Shown here: in pieces, positions 8,209 through 16,114 of the stretch
How the letters are laid out: each line of letters begins with the position of its first letter
How positions within the stretch are numbered: the first letter of the stretch is position 1
NCBI GenBank assembly: GCA_045105515.1
Contig: JBGCDR010000010.1
Span: 1 to 17,341, forward strand
Source of the DNA: Oligoflexales bacterium
GTDB lineage: Bacteria; Bdellovibrionota_B; Oligoflexia; Oligoflexales; Bog-1112
Length of the DNA stretch: 17,341 nucleotides
Direction of reading: 5' to 3'
Notes under the pieces: model-generated
What the model saw: only the letters and a program-made list of their open reading frames with translations
Databases searched by the model: none
Told to the model about the DNA's origin: nothing
Program-made: the position numbers and the translations under genes

Positions 8209-9066
8209 ATGTCTATAGCTCAATTTATGCTGAAAATAATCCTTATATGTTTAATTTTTATACCTAGGTTTTCTATAGGTGCCAGTGATGGATACAACCA
8301 AGAAATAATCACTAAAATAGACAATGCAATTCTTGAAATAAATCAGTATAGAGAGACAATAAAAGCCAACCAAGAGAACCTAAAAGAGTTTTTTAACTCT
8401 CCTGAATATTTGAGCCAGAGCAATGATTCTTCTCACATCATAGATTTAACATCTTATATAGAAGATGCATTAATTCCCTTAGAAGCATTTAGCAATCGGC
8501 AGGAACTCATTTTGGCATTCTCACCACACCAATACCATACTTTTGTTGTGGCTGGAGATTTCGAATTTCATGGAGTCATCTACCCTGGAAAGGGTTCTTA
8601 TCGCCTTATCCGAGATAAGGCGTTCAGGTCTGGATTTTTTATAAGATTTCCAAACCTTAAAATCGCAAACATAGTTAGAACGAAACAGTATATTAAACTA
8701 ATGGACAGACATAAATCGGAACTTTGTATGCATGCAGCTTTAGAAGTTTTAGCTCGTGGTGCCGACATCAATTTAAAAAAGAAAAAAGTTCACAACTTGA
8801 GTAGTTTGGTAAAGGAAATTTTAAAAAACGGATTTGTCGACAGCAAAGGAAATAAAATACCTATCCAAATATATCGGTCATATCATAAAGACATGGAAAC
8901 TATTTTTGGTGGGATAAGAAGAATAGAGTTGCTCTATTATATTCCTGGTTTTCTCGGATACATTGGTGCCAAATTAGGTAGAATTAGCAAAAACAAATCG
9001 ACTCACTTCTTAGAAGAACAAGAGTATTACCTACACCCTAGATTCCCATCTCGTCATCTTAAATAA
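8209..9066 (+). CDS. hypothetical exported protein; possible permuted papain-like His/Cys enzyme
   Basis: 285 aa ORF with AAGGGA RBS and hydrophobic N-terminal signal; YHTFVVAGDFEFHG and LCMHAALEVL segments. Confidence 0.7.
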   Translation: MSIAQFMLKIILICLIFIPRFSIGASDGYNQEIITKIDNAILEINQYRETIKANQENLKEFFNSPEYLSQSNDSSHIIDLTSYIEDALIPLEAFSNRQELILAFSPHQYHTFVVAGDFEFHGVIYPGKGSYRLIRDKAFRSGFFIRFPNLKIANIVRTKQYIKLMDRHKSELCMHAALEVLARGADINLKKKKVHNLSSLVKEILKNGFVDSKGNKIPIQIYRSYHKDMETIFGGIRRIELLYYIPGFLGYIGAKLGRISKNKSTHFLEEQEYYLHPRFPSRHLK

Positions 9067-9142
9067 AAATCTTTTTTGGAATGCCCACCAACCTCACCAT
9101 CAAACGCCTGAATACTTTTTACATATTTTTTATAGAGTCATA

Positions 9143-9170
9143 TTGACAGATAGTGCTTTGGCCTTACATT
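9143..9170 (+). promoter_or_regulatory. sigma-70-type promoter for the nfeD-flotillin operon
   Basis: TTGACA-N16-TACATT upstream of 9212. Confidence 0.5.
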
Positions 9171-9211
9171 CAGTAAGTCTCATAGCCCGATAGGGGCAAT
9201 TAACAAACAGA

Positions 9212-9841
9212 ATGCTGATGAGAAGACCTATGAGTGAAAAAGAAATCTGGCTTGCAATAGCAGGGTCTAGCACCCTTTTTTTTGTCCTTAAACTTTTACT
9301 AAGCTTTTGGGGAATAGGAAGTGACGACTTCGAACTTGATCATTCGTCCCATGAATTTGAAAGCATTGAGGCTTTTAAATTTCTAAGCCTCCAGGGTGTT
9401 TTAGCCTTCCTTATGGGTAGTGGCTGGATGGGACTTGCTTTGCGTTACGAGTATGAATTTTCATTTACATCAGCTGTCCTAGGTGCATTTTCCCTTGGCT
9501 TAATACTTATGTTTATCAGCTCTTTTGCACTGTTCCAAGTCAGCAAACTAAACCATAAGCCCAATCCTAGTTCTCAAGTTGAAATCGGCTCTAGAGGAAG
9601 AGCTTATATCTCCATACCTAAAAATGGAACAGGAAGTGGAAAGATTCAAGTAACGATCGGAGAACGTTTACAAGTCATAAATGCTTTGAGTGAAGATAGC
9701 TTTATCCCTAGTGGATCTAATATTTATGTAAGTAAGGTTTCAGATAGTGGAATCGTTTGGGTCAAGCCAATTGACAAACTTATTTCTCAAGCAAGAGATA
9801 ACAAAACAAACAAAAAACCTCGAGGTTTTAAAATTTCGTAG
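9212..9841 (+). CDS. NfeD-like membrane protein (flotillin partner, C-terminal OB-fold type)
   Basis: Three hydrophobic helices (FKFLSLQGVLAFLMGSGWMG) then IGSRGRAYISIP...GSGKIQV...ALSEDSFIPSGSNIYV; directly upstream of flotillin. Alternative start at 9230. Confidence 0.85.
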   Translation: MLMRRPMSEKEIWLAIAGSSTLFFVLKLLLSFWGIGSDDFELDHSSHEFESIEAFKFLSLQGVLAFLMGSGWMGLALRYEYEFSFTSAVLGAFSLGLILMFISSFALFQVSKLNHKPNPSSQVEIGSRGRAYISIPKNGTGSGKIQVTIGERLQVINALSEDSFIPSGSNIYVSKVSDSGIVWVKPIDKLISQARDNKTNKKPRGFKIS

Positions 9842-9882
9842 ATCCTTAACAAGACAACTTTAACTATCACAAGGAGGTGATT

Positions 9883-11415
9883 ATGTCTTACGAATTGATG
9901 GCAACAATTGTGGTGCCAGTTTTAATTGTAGTTTCTCTACTGACTTTTGTCGCAAAGCAATATGTTCGGTGCCCCTCAAACAAAGTACTTGTAAAATATG
10001 GAAAAGTGAAAGGTGGCAACACCGCAGAAACATACCATGGAGGTGGTACCTTTATCATTCCTTTAATACAAGGCTATACTTTCCTCAAGTTAGAACCAAT
10101 TTCTATTGAGATTGATTTACGGAAAGCACTATCTGCTAAGAATATAAGGGTTAACGTCCCTGCAACTTTTACTATAGGAATTTCCACAGCAAAGAACGTC
10201 CTTTTAAATGCTGTTGAAAGGCTTTTAGGACTTTCGGAAACTGATATTAAAAGACAAGCCTCTGAAATCATCTATGGACAGCTTAGAGAAGTCATAGCAA
10301 CCATGACAATTGAGGAAATCAACCGAGATCGGGATAAGTTTATTACCAAAGTTTCCAACAACGTAGATTCCGAGCTGCAAAAAATAGGCCTCGAGGTAAT
10401 AAATGTCAACATTACAGATATCACCGATGAATCGGGTTATATTGCTGCCATTGGAAAAAAGGCTGCAGCTGAAGCAATCCAACAGGCACATGTAGATGTG
10501 GCCGAACAAGAAAAAAAAGGAGCTATCGGGCAAGCCACAGCTCTAAAAGAAAAAGCTGTTTTTGTCGCTGAACAAAATTCGCAGTCCTCAATCGGGACAA
10601 AAGCTGCAGACAAAGAACGAGAAGTGAATGTTGCTAAACTCAATGCTGAACAGGATATTGGTCAACAATCAGCGGACAACCAACGCCGCATCAAAATCGC
10701 ACAACTACGGGCAGAAGCTGTAGAAGGCGAGAATCAATCTCAGGCTAAAATAGCAAAGTTTAATGCTACCTTGTCAGAAGAAGAAGCTGAAGCACGACAA
10801 CGAGGTGAGGTTGCAAAAGCCAAGGCTGAAGAACTCGTATTCAATGCTCAGAAAGAAGAAGAAATCGCCAAGCTCCGCAAAGAAGAACTAGCAAGGGTCG
10901 AAGTCGAAAAACAAAAAGCTGAAGTTCTTGCAGCTGCTGCTGCTCAGCAAACCCGATTTGAGGCTCAGGGTGAAGCAGACGCCATTTTATCCAAGGCTAA
11001 AGCTGAAGCAGAAGGTATCAAAGCGAAATTAGATGCAAAAGCTGAAGGCTACAGGAATCTTATCCATGCAGCTGGAGATGGTAAAACCGCAGCAACTCTA
11101 CTAATGATTGAGAAAGCAGAAGATATCATTAAAGAGCAAATCAAAGGCTTGGATAAAATCAAGATCGATAAAATTACGGTTTGGGACCAGGGAGGCAAAG
11201 GCAACGAAAAAGGGACTACACATAATTTTATCAAGGATCTTCTGCAGGTCGCACCACAGTTGCACGAAATATCAGCAAACGCTGGATTAAAACTACCTGA
11301 ATTCTTGGGAAAAATGGCTGAGATCGACGGAGATAACAAAACAGAGGCTAAAAATCATGATATTAAAAGTCAAAAATTAGAACAAAAGTCGGCAGACCCT
11401 CAATACCCTCTATAA
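9883..11415 (+). CDS. flotillin-like SPFH domain protein
   Basis: N-terminal TM; SPFH domain (YVRCPSNKVLV, ALSAKNIRVNVP, GQLREVIATMTIEEINRDR, INVNITDITD); AEA/EAE-rich coiled coil; IKIDKITVWD. AAGGAGG at 9871..9877 favours ATG 9883 over GTG 9877. Confidence 0.95.
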   Translation: MSYELMATIVVPVLIVVSLLTFVAKQYVRCPSNKVLVKYGKVKGGNTAETYHGGGTFIIPLIQGYTFLKLEPISIEIDLRKALSAKNIRVNVPATFTIGISTAKNVLLNAVERLLGLSETDIKRQASEIIYGQLREVIATMTIEEINRDRDKFITKVSNNVDSELQKIGLEVINVNITDITDESGYIAAIGKKAAAEAIQQAHVDVAEQEKKGAIGQATALKEKAVFVAEQNSQSSIGTKAADKEREVNVAKLNAEQDIGQQSADNQRRIKIAQLRAEAVEGENQSQAKIAKFNATLSEEEAEARQRGEVAKAKAEELVFNAQKEEEIAKLRKEELARVEVEKQKAEVLAAAAAQQTRFEAQGEADAILSKAKAEAEGIKAKLDAKAEGYRNLIHAAGDGKTAATLLMIEKAEDIIKEQIKGLDKIKIDKITVWDQGGKGNEKGTTHNFIKDLLQVAPQLHEISANAGLKLPEFLGKMAEIDGDNKTEAKNHDIKSQKLEQKSADPQYPL

Positions 11416-11434
11416 ACAGGTTGCCTAAGAACTT

Positions 11435-11590
11435 TTACTTCATAATTAAGCTAATGAAAGCTAGCAAAGTCATTGAACTAGCAAATGCGCATATCCCACC
11501 TACAATAGCGCTCTCTACTCTTTCCTTTTCAGGAACCACATCTTCATATGTGCTGCACCAATTGCGTTGGCGTCTTGCTGTTGTTTTCAT
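11435..11590 (-). CDS. small membrane protein (51 aa) with a C-terminal hydrophobic helix
   Basis: AGGAGG RBS before ATG 11590; AIVGGICAFASSMTLLAFISLIM hydrophobic tail; sigma-28-type promoter upstream. Confidence 0.6.
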   Translation of the reverse strand: MKTTARRQRNWCSTYEDVVPEKERVESAIVGGICAFASSMTLLAFISLIMK

Positions 11591-11686
11591 AGTCCCTCCT
11601 AAGTTCCAGAATAACATTAGGATGTTATTCAAAGCATCGTCATGTTTGCTATGTCATTAAAGCATACAAGATTTTCAATACAGAAC

Positions 11687-11714
11687 CTATCGGCAGAATA
11701 AACTTAATAGTTTA
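11687..11714 (-). promoter_or_regulatory. sigma-28-type promoter for the small membrane protein
   Basis: Minus strand TAAA-N16-GCCGATAG. Confidence 0.58.
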
Positions 11715-11927
11715 GGATAAATTTCTAAGTAATTTTTTTAACAATGATTTTAGCAGATTAGATTGGCCGTAACAAAATCGGCATACTATGGTAATTAAAG
11801 AAGAATACGGAGAAGACAGAATCTTACCTACAAGACATGTAGCAAGAACCTGCCAAAACCGAAAAACAATTCGGTTAACCTGTTAACCAAACGAGAACAA
11901 GTCACTTTAGAGGAATAGGGGAAGCAT

Positions 11928-13781
11928 ATGTATGCAAAGCACCTTTTGTTGCCATTTTTTTGTCTGATGTCAATATCTTGTGGAGATTTTGGAACTCCAA
12001 AACAAAAAATAAAAGAAGTTAAGCACGTAAGCAGCCACCACTCAGATGATGTAAACGTCGGTACTGATGGACTACAAGACAGTGGCCCTCAAAATGAACA
12101 GCAGGAAGGTGTCCCAGGTACAGACCTTGAAGAAATAGCTGAGAAGGAAATCTCTTCACCAGAATCGAATGCCGATTCAAACACATCCATCGATGAAGAT
12201 GCTTTCAATTTGGCAAATTCAATCGACTCTATAGCAGCTCTAAGGGTGGGAGAGGGAGTAAAAGAGGGCAATGTGCCCTTATGTGGAATGGAAGATTCGA
12301 CCGATGCTGATGGATTTTGTCCAAAATCCGAGGAATTTGAAAGCAATGGAGTCGGATTTGTTTGCTCAAAGCAAAAATATAGTTTAACTAAAACTCCTAA
12401 TGAACTTGTAGCAATTAATCCCTATGCGGATACACTATGGCCTGGTTCACTCATCCAATCTAAGCCACTGATGGAAGGGATTCTCAATCCAGTTCCACTT
12501 GCCGGACGTAGTACTGGCTCTATTACAATGGCAATCGCTACTGATACGTCAGGTGTATTCTCAAAAGAAGTTACCGAACCTTCCTTGGCTTCAACAACGG
12601 AGGCAATTAAAGATATATTAAACACGAATATTAACATCGATACTCCGGCAAAATTTTACTATAAACTCACACAAGTTTATTCGAATAAACAACTAGCAGT
12701 AGCAGTCGGATTACATGTTGATACACCATTCAACTTCGATATCCAAACAAGCCTAGAATTTAACAGCAAAGAAGTGAAAAACAGGATATTAATTGATTTT
12801 ACTCAAGCATACTATACCATTGCATATACACCTAAGTATGGAATCAAGGGGTTCTTTAAAGATGGCGTAAAATTAAATGAATTGGATGCATTTATGGGCG
12901 TAGGAAACCCTCTTGCCTATATCTCATCAGTAACTTATGGAAGAAAGATTTTTTTGCTCTTCGAAAGTGATTCTAGTATGAGTGATCTGGAAGGTGCAAT
13001 TAAAGCAAGTTTTAAAGGATACGGCGTCACAGTAGGTGGAGATTTAGCGGTCAAAAATAAAAAGATCATGAGCGAGAGCCAAATAAAAGCCTATGTTATT
13101 GGTGGCAACGCCGAAGATGCGCTTGAAGCACTAAATACTCCTGATGAAGAAACCGGGGGTACTATTGTAAACCTTAAACAACTGATGTCTGATGGGGCAA
13201 ATTTTAGTAAAGGTAATCCTGGAGTCCCGGTGTCCTACACCGTTAGGCATGTCAAAGATGCTAGTCAAATTAAACTGGTTTTAAATACCGAGTATGAAGC
13301 AAGAGAATGTGCATCAGCTGGAAATGTCAACAATCCCATGACATGGACTCTAAAGGTAAGCTTAGAGGAAGTCGCAATAGATAAAGAAAACGGCTTTTGT
13401 GACTTCGGTAATGAAGGTGAATTTTCAAGCTGCTTAAAAGTTGCTATCGGTGAAGATGCTGAAACCCCTATATTTTGCAATAACGAAACAAGAAAGGCTA
13501 AACCAGGCCAAATACTCACCTATGGACAAAGCAACCATAGTGCCTTGATCCAAGTAAAACAATCACCTGGTCAAAATATCAGGGTTTTTGGCAATGTTAG
13601 GGAACACGATGGTAGCAATTTTGAAGAGGTGGTTAATTTTTCCAAAAATTTCACCCTTAACCAAAACTATGAATGGACTGACTGGAGTGAAATTAACCAA
13701 GTCTCGGGTGTTAAAAGAGGTTGCAAAGCCAATTTGAAATATAAACTGGAATGGGTTGACCGTTTTTTGAGTTCAAATTAA
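11928..13781 (+). CDS. thiol-activated cytolysin family protein (CDC-like, CDCL), lipoprotein
   Basis: Lipobox-like SIS-C; LWPGSLIQ, FTQAYYT (Y295-Y296), YISSVTYGR (Y337-G338-R339), VIGG, GVPVSYTVRHVKD; no ECTGLAWEWWR undecapeptide. Confidence 0.9.
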   Translation: MYAKHLLLPFFCLMSISCGDFGTPKQKIKEVKHVSSHHSDDVNVGTDGLQDSGPQNEQQEGVPGTDLEEIAEKEISSPESNADSNTSIDEDAFNLANSIDSIAALRVGEGVKEGNVPLCGMEDSTDADGFCPKSEEFESNGVGFVCSKQKYSLTKTPNELVAINPYADTLWPGSLIQSKPLMEGILNPVPLAGRSTGSITMAIATDTSGVFSKEVTEPSLASTTEAIKDILNTNINIDTPAKFYYKLTQVYSNKQLAVAVGLHVDTPFNFDIQTSLEFNSKEVKNRILIDFTQAYYTIAYTPKYGIKGFFKDGVKLNELDAFMGVGNPLAYISSVTYGRKIFLLFESDSSMSDLEGAIKASFKGYGVTVGGDLAVKNKKIMSESQIKAYVIGGNAEDALEALNTPDEETGGTIVNLKQLMSDGANFSKGNPGVPVSYTVRHVKDASQIKLVLNTEYEARECASAGNVNNPMTWTLKVSLEEVAIDKENGFCDFGNEGEFSSCLKVAIGEDAETPIFCNNETRKAKPGQILTYGQSNHSALIQVKQSPGQNIRVFGNVREHDGSNFEEVVNFSKNFTLNQNYEWTDWSEINQVSGVKRGCKANLKYKLEWVDRFLSSN

Positions 13782-15460
13782 TCGCTGAATTTTTCAAAGC
13801 GAGGCTTCCTCTTAAATATTTCAAAGCTTAAAGAATTTTTAGCCCCTAAATTCAAAACTCCCGCAATCATAATTCCTGAAATCATAAGAGTTATACTGAA
13901 AGAGGCAAAGGTCCCTAGGCTTACTAAATATCCTAAGAAAATATATGAAATAACCGTGATGATAATTAATGGAAGTGCATAGGTCATTTGGGTTTCCACA
14001 TGGTCAGTATGCTCCATTGCCGTGCTTGTGGAAGTCATGATTGTAGTATCTGAAATAGGAGAAATATGATCTCCAGCTACACACCCCGATAAAATAGCGC
14101 CCAGAGTCGGAAATAATAAGGAAACATCTTCCATAGAGGCAGGTAAGTCTAAACCGAGCATAGCGAGTACCAATTGGATTCCTATGGGAAACATTATTGC
14201 TGCAGTTCCCCATGCAGAACCAATAGCAAAAGAAGTTATGGCTGAAGCACAAAAAAACATTGCAGGCACCAACATGGGTGAAACTTTACCAATAAGCATG
14301 CTTGCTAAGTATTCACCAGTTGCGAGATCATTTTTTAAGATACCCCCCAGAGTCCAAGCCAAAATAAGTACCATGCAAGATGTTCCCATCAGTAGACACC
14401 CTTCTTTTGTTAGTCTAGGCAGATCAGTAAATTTAAGCCGACCTTTAACGAAAAAATAGATAAGTGTTCCTAGCAGAGCAAAACTCCCTCCAATGAAAAG
14501 ACCATGAGCGGCCGAAGCGTCTCGCAAAGAGTCAATAATCCCTTTATTGCCACCAAAAAAATAGCACCCTCCCGAGTGCAGAATTCCCGAAATAATTCCA
14601 AAAACAAGCATGCCAATGGGAATAAAAAAGTCGGATAGGCTAGGTTGCATAGCATCCATATGCGGAGGCTTTTTAATACTACGAGAAGATTCAGATTTCC
14701 CATTGAAGACATTGCCTGTTTTTCGAGCGCAGTCCTCATGTTTTTTCATATTGCCAAAAGAAATACCTTTGAGCACGATATACCAGGCACCCATGATTAT
14801 AATAAAGGAGTAAAGAATAAATGGGATCATTTTTAGATAAGCTAAGAATGGAGAAGCGATGATCTGAGTCTTTTCAGAAGCCTGAGCATGAACTCCATTT
14901 TCCCTTAAAAAACCAACGATCGCTGCTACCCAACTTGAAACAGGACAGAGTACTGTGAGCGGTGCAGCCAAAGAATCTACTAAAAAAGCAAGTTTCGCCC
15001 GCGGAATCTTATAAGAATCTGTTATCGGATGCATCACTGAGCCTACAGTAAGACTGCTAAAGTAATCATCGATACAAAGACTCTTAGAAAGCAGTAGTGA
15101 TGAAGCTTCAACCTGTTTGTGACTTTTTAACTTCTTTTTAATAAAAGCTTCATATGCATATGCACCACCACAATGATGAATCAGAGTGATGAAGACGCCC
15201 AAGATCATCAAAAAAATACAGATAAAAGCATTCCAGCTTTCCCAGAAAGTCTCTGGATTACACAAGGTAGTGAGTTCTAGAACATTCCAAAACTGGATGA
15301 GACCGAACCAAACTGATTCGCTTAGATCAAAGCCCTTTGCAATAAAAGCAGCAATAAAAACACCACAACTTAAGGAAAACAAAACCCTTCTCGTCAAATA
15401 TCCCAAGCACAATACAGCCAAAGGTGGGAACAAAGATAAAAAACCAACATCCATGAGCAT
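13778..15460 (-). CDS. lysW: NhaC-family transporter, probable lysine transporter (LysW-like)
   Basis: LSLFPPL, IDDYFSSLTVG, RAKLAFLVDSLAAP, PVSSW, AIGSAWGT, GDHISPISDTTIMTS, DHVETQM motifs of the NhaC family; lysine riboswitch upstream. The lysW symbol rests on the riboswitch context. Confidence 0.88.
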   Translation of the reverse strand: MLMDVGFLSLFPPLAVLCLGYLTRRVLFSLSCGVFIAAFIAKGFDLSESVWFGLIQFWNVLELTTLCNPETFWESWNAFICIFLMILGVFITLIHHCGGAYAYEAFIKKKLKSHKQVEASSLLLSKSLCIDDYFSSLTVGSVMHPITDSYKIPRAKLAFLVDSLAAPLTVLCPVSSWVAAIVGFLRENGVHAQASEKTQIIASPFLAYLKMIPFILYSFIIIMGAWYIVLKGISFGNMKKHEDCARKTGNVFNGKSESSRSIKKPPHMDAMQPSLSDFFIPIGMLVFGIISGILHSGGCYFFGGNKGIIDSLRDASAAHGLFIGGSFALLGTLIYFFVKGRLKFTDLPRLTKEGCLLMGTSCMVLILAWTLGGILKNDLATGEYLASMLIGKVSPMLVPAMFFCASAITSFAIGSAWGTAAIMFPIGIQLVLAMLGLDLPASMEDVSLLFPTLGAILSGCVAGDHISPISDTTIMTSTSTAMEHTDHVETQMTYALPLIIITVISYIFLGYLVSLGTFASFSITLMISGIMIAGVLNLGAKNSLSFEIFKRKPRFEKFSD

Positions 15461-15563
15461 CTAGCCTTATAATCAACGTCTATGAACATTAAAACGCGAG
15501 CACCTAAGGAATTTCACAAGAAGGTCTAAGAAGGTTGTAAAAAAGGCATGAATAGTTGTAGAT

Positions 15564-15729
15564 CCATACGCTCTCCACGGTTATCCGTGACAACCTGCAG
15601 GATTCAACCTACATGGCCAACAGCAAAATCTCCAAACATCTCGCTGCTTCGGCAACACACCCCTTCTCTTGGCTTTCTTTGGTTATTGGAAACCTCTAGC
15701 AAGATATCTGAGTATTGCTCCTCATATGG
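15564..15729 (-). ncRNA. lysine riboswitch (L-box)
   Basis: Minus strand: P1 CCAUAU/GUAUGG; GAGGAGC; P2 ending AAGGGG...GCCGAA; P3 GCAGCGAGAU/AUUUUGCUGU; L2 UUCCAA complementary to L3 UUGGAG (kissing loop); P4 UGUAGG-uugaau-CCUGCA; UGUC; P5 CACGG-auaa-CCGUG; GAGAGC. Confidence 0.92.
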
Positions 15730-15862
15730 TAGCCCATTTGGGTTCTACATCTTTAACTTGCAATCAAGATTCTTGTCAAGAAAGGAAAATAAAATTTTTT
15801 CCTTTAATAAAAAAACTCACATAATCACTTAGATTATGTGAGCAAAGGGAGGGAGGTAAAAG

Positions 15863-15931
15863 ATGAAAAAGGCAGTTTTTTCAACTGAAATAAACACCTT
15901 CTTTATCAGGTTTATACCGACCCAACAGTAA
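15863..15931 (+). CDS. possible 22-aa small ORF (MKKAVFSTEINTFFIRFIPTQQ)
   Basis: Strong GGGAGGGAGG Shine-Dalgarno 6 nt before the ATG; no other support. Confidence 0.25.
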   Translation: MKKAVFSTEINTFFIRFIPTQQ

Positions 15932-16114
15932 AAATTTTCTAAGATTATCACTGAGGTTCAGCAAAAACTTGAGAGCTTTTATCATAATTATAACTCGATT
16001 TGCAAGTTTTTGCTTTTAATTCACTTACTCTCAAATGCACTGCAGACAAAAAAAATCCCTTGTACCAGAATGGCTAACAAGAGAATTCCACAGGTTTCAA
16101 TAGAATGCTAAGTT

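Noticed and set aside
11421..11660. 79-aa + strand ORF after flotillin
   Set aside because: TTG start with a poor RBS; the opposite-strand small ORF has an RBS, a promoter and a TM helix.
11841..11855. sigma-54-like TGGCAGGTTCTTGCT on the minus strand
   Set aside because: GG-to-GC spacing is 9 nt rather than the required 10.
15548..15832. 94-aa + strand ORF
   Set aside because: It is antisense to the lysine riboswitch and has no recognisable protein features.
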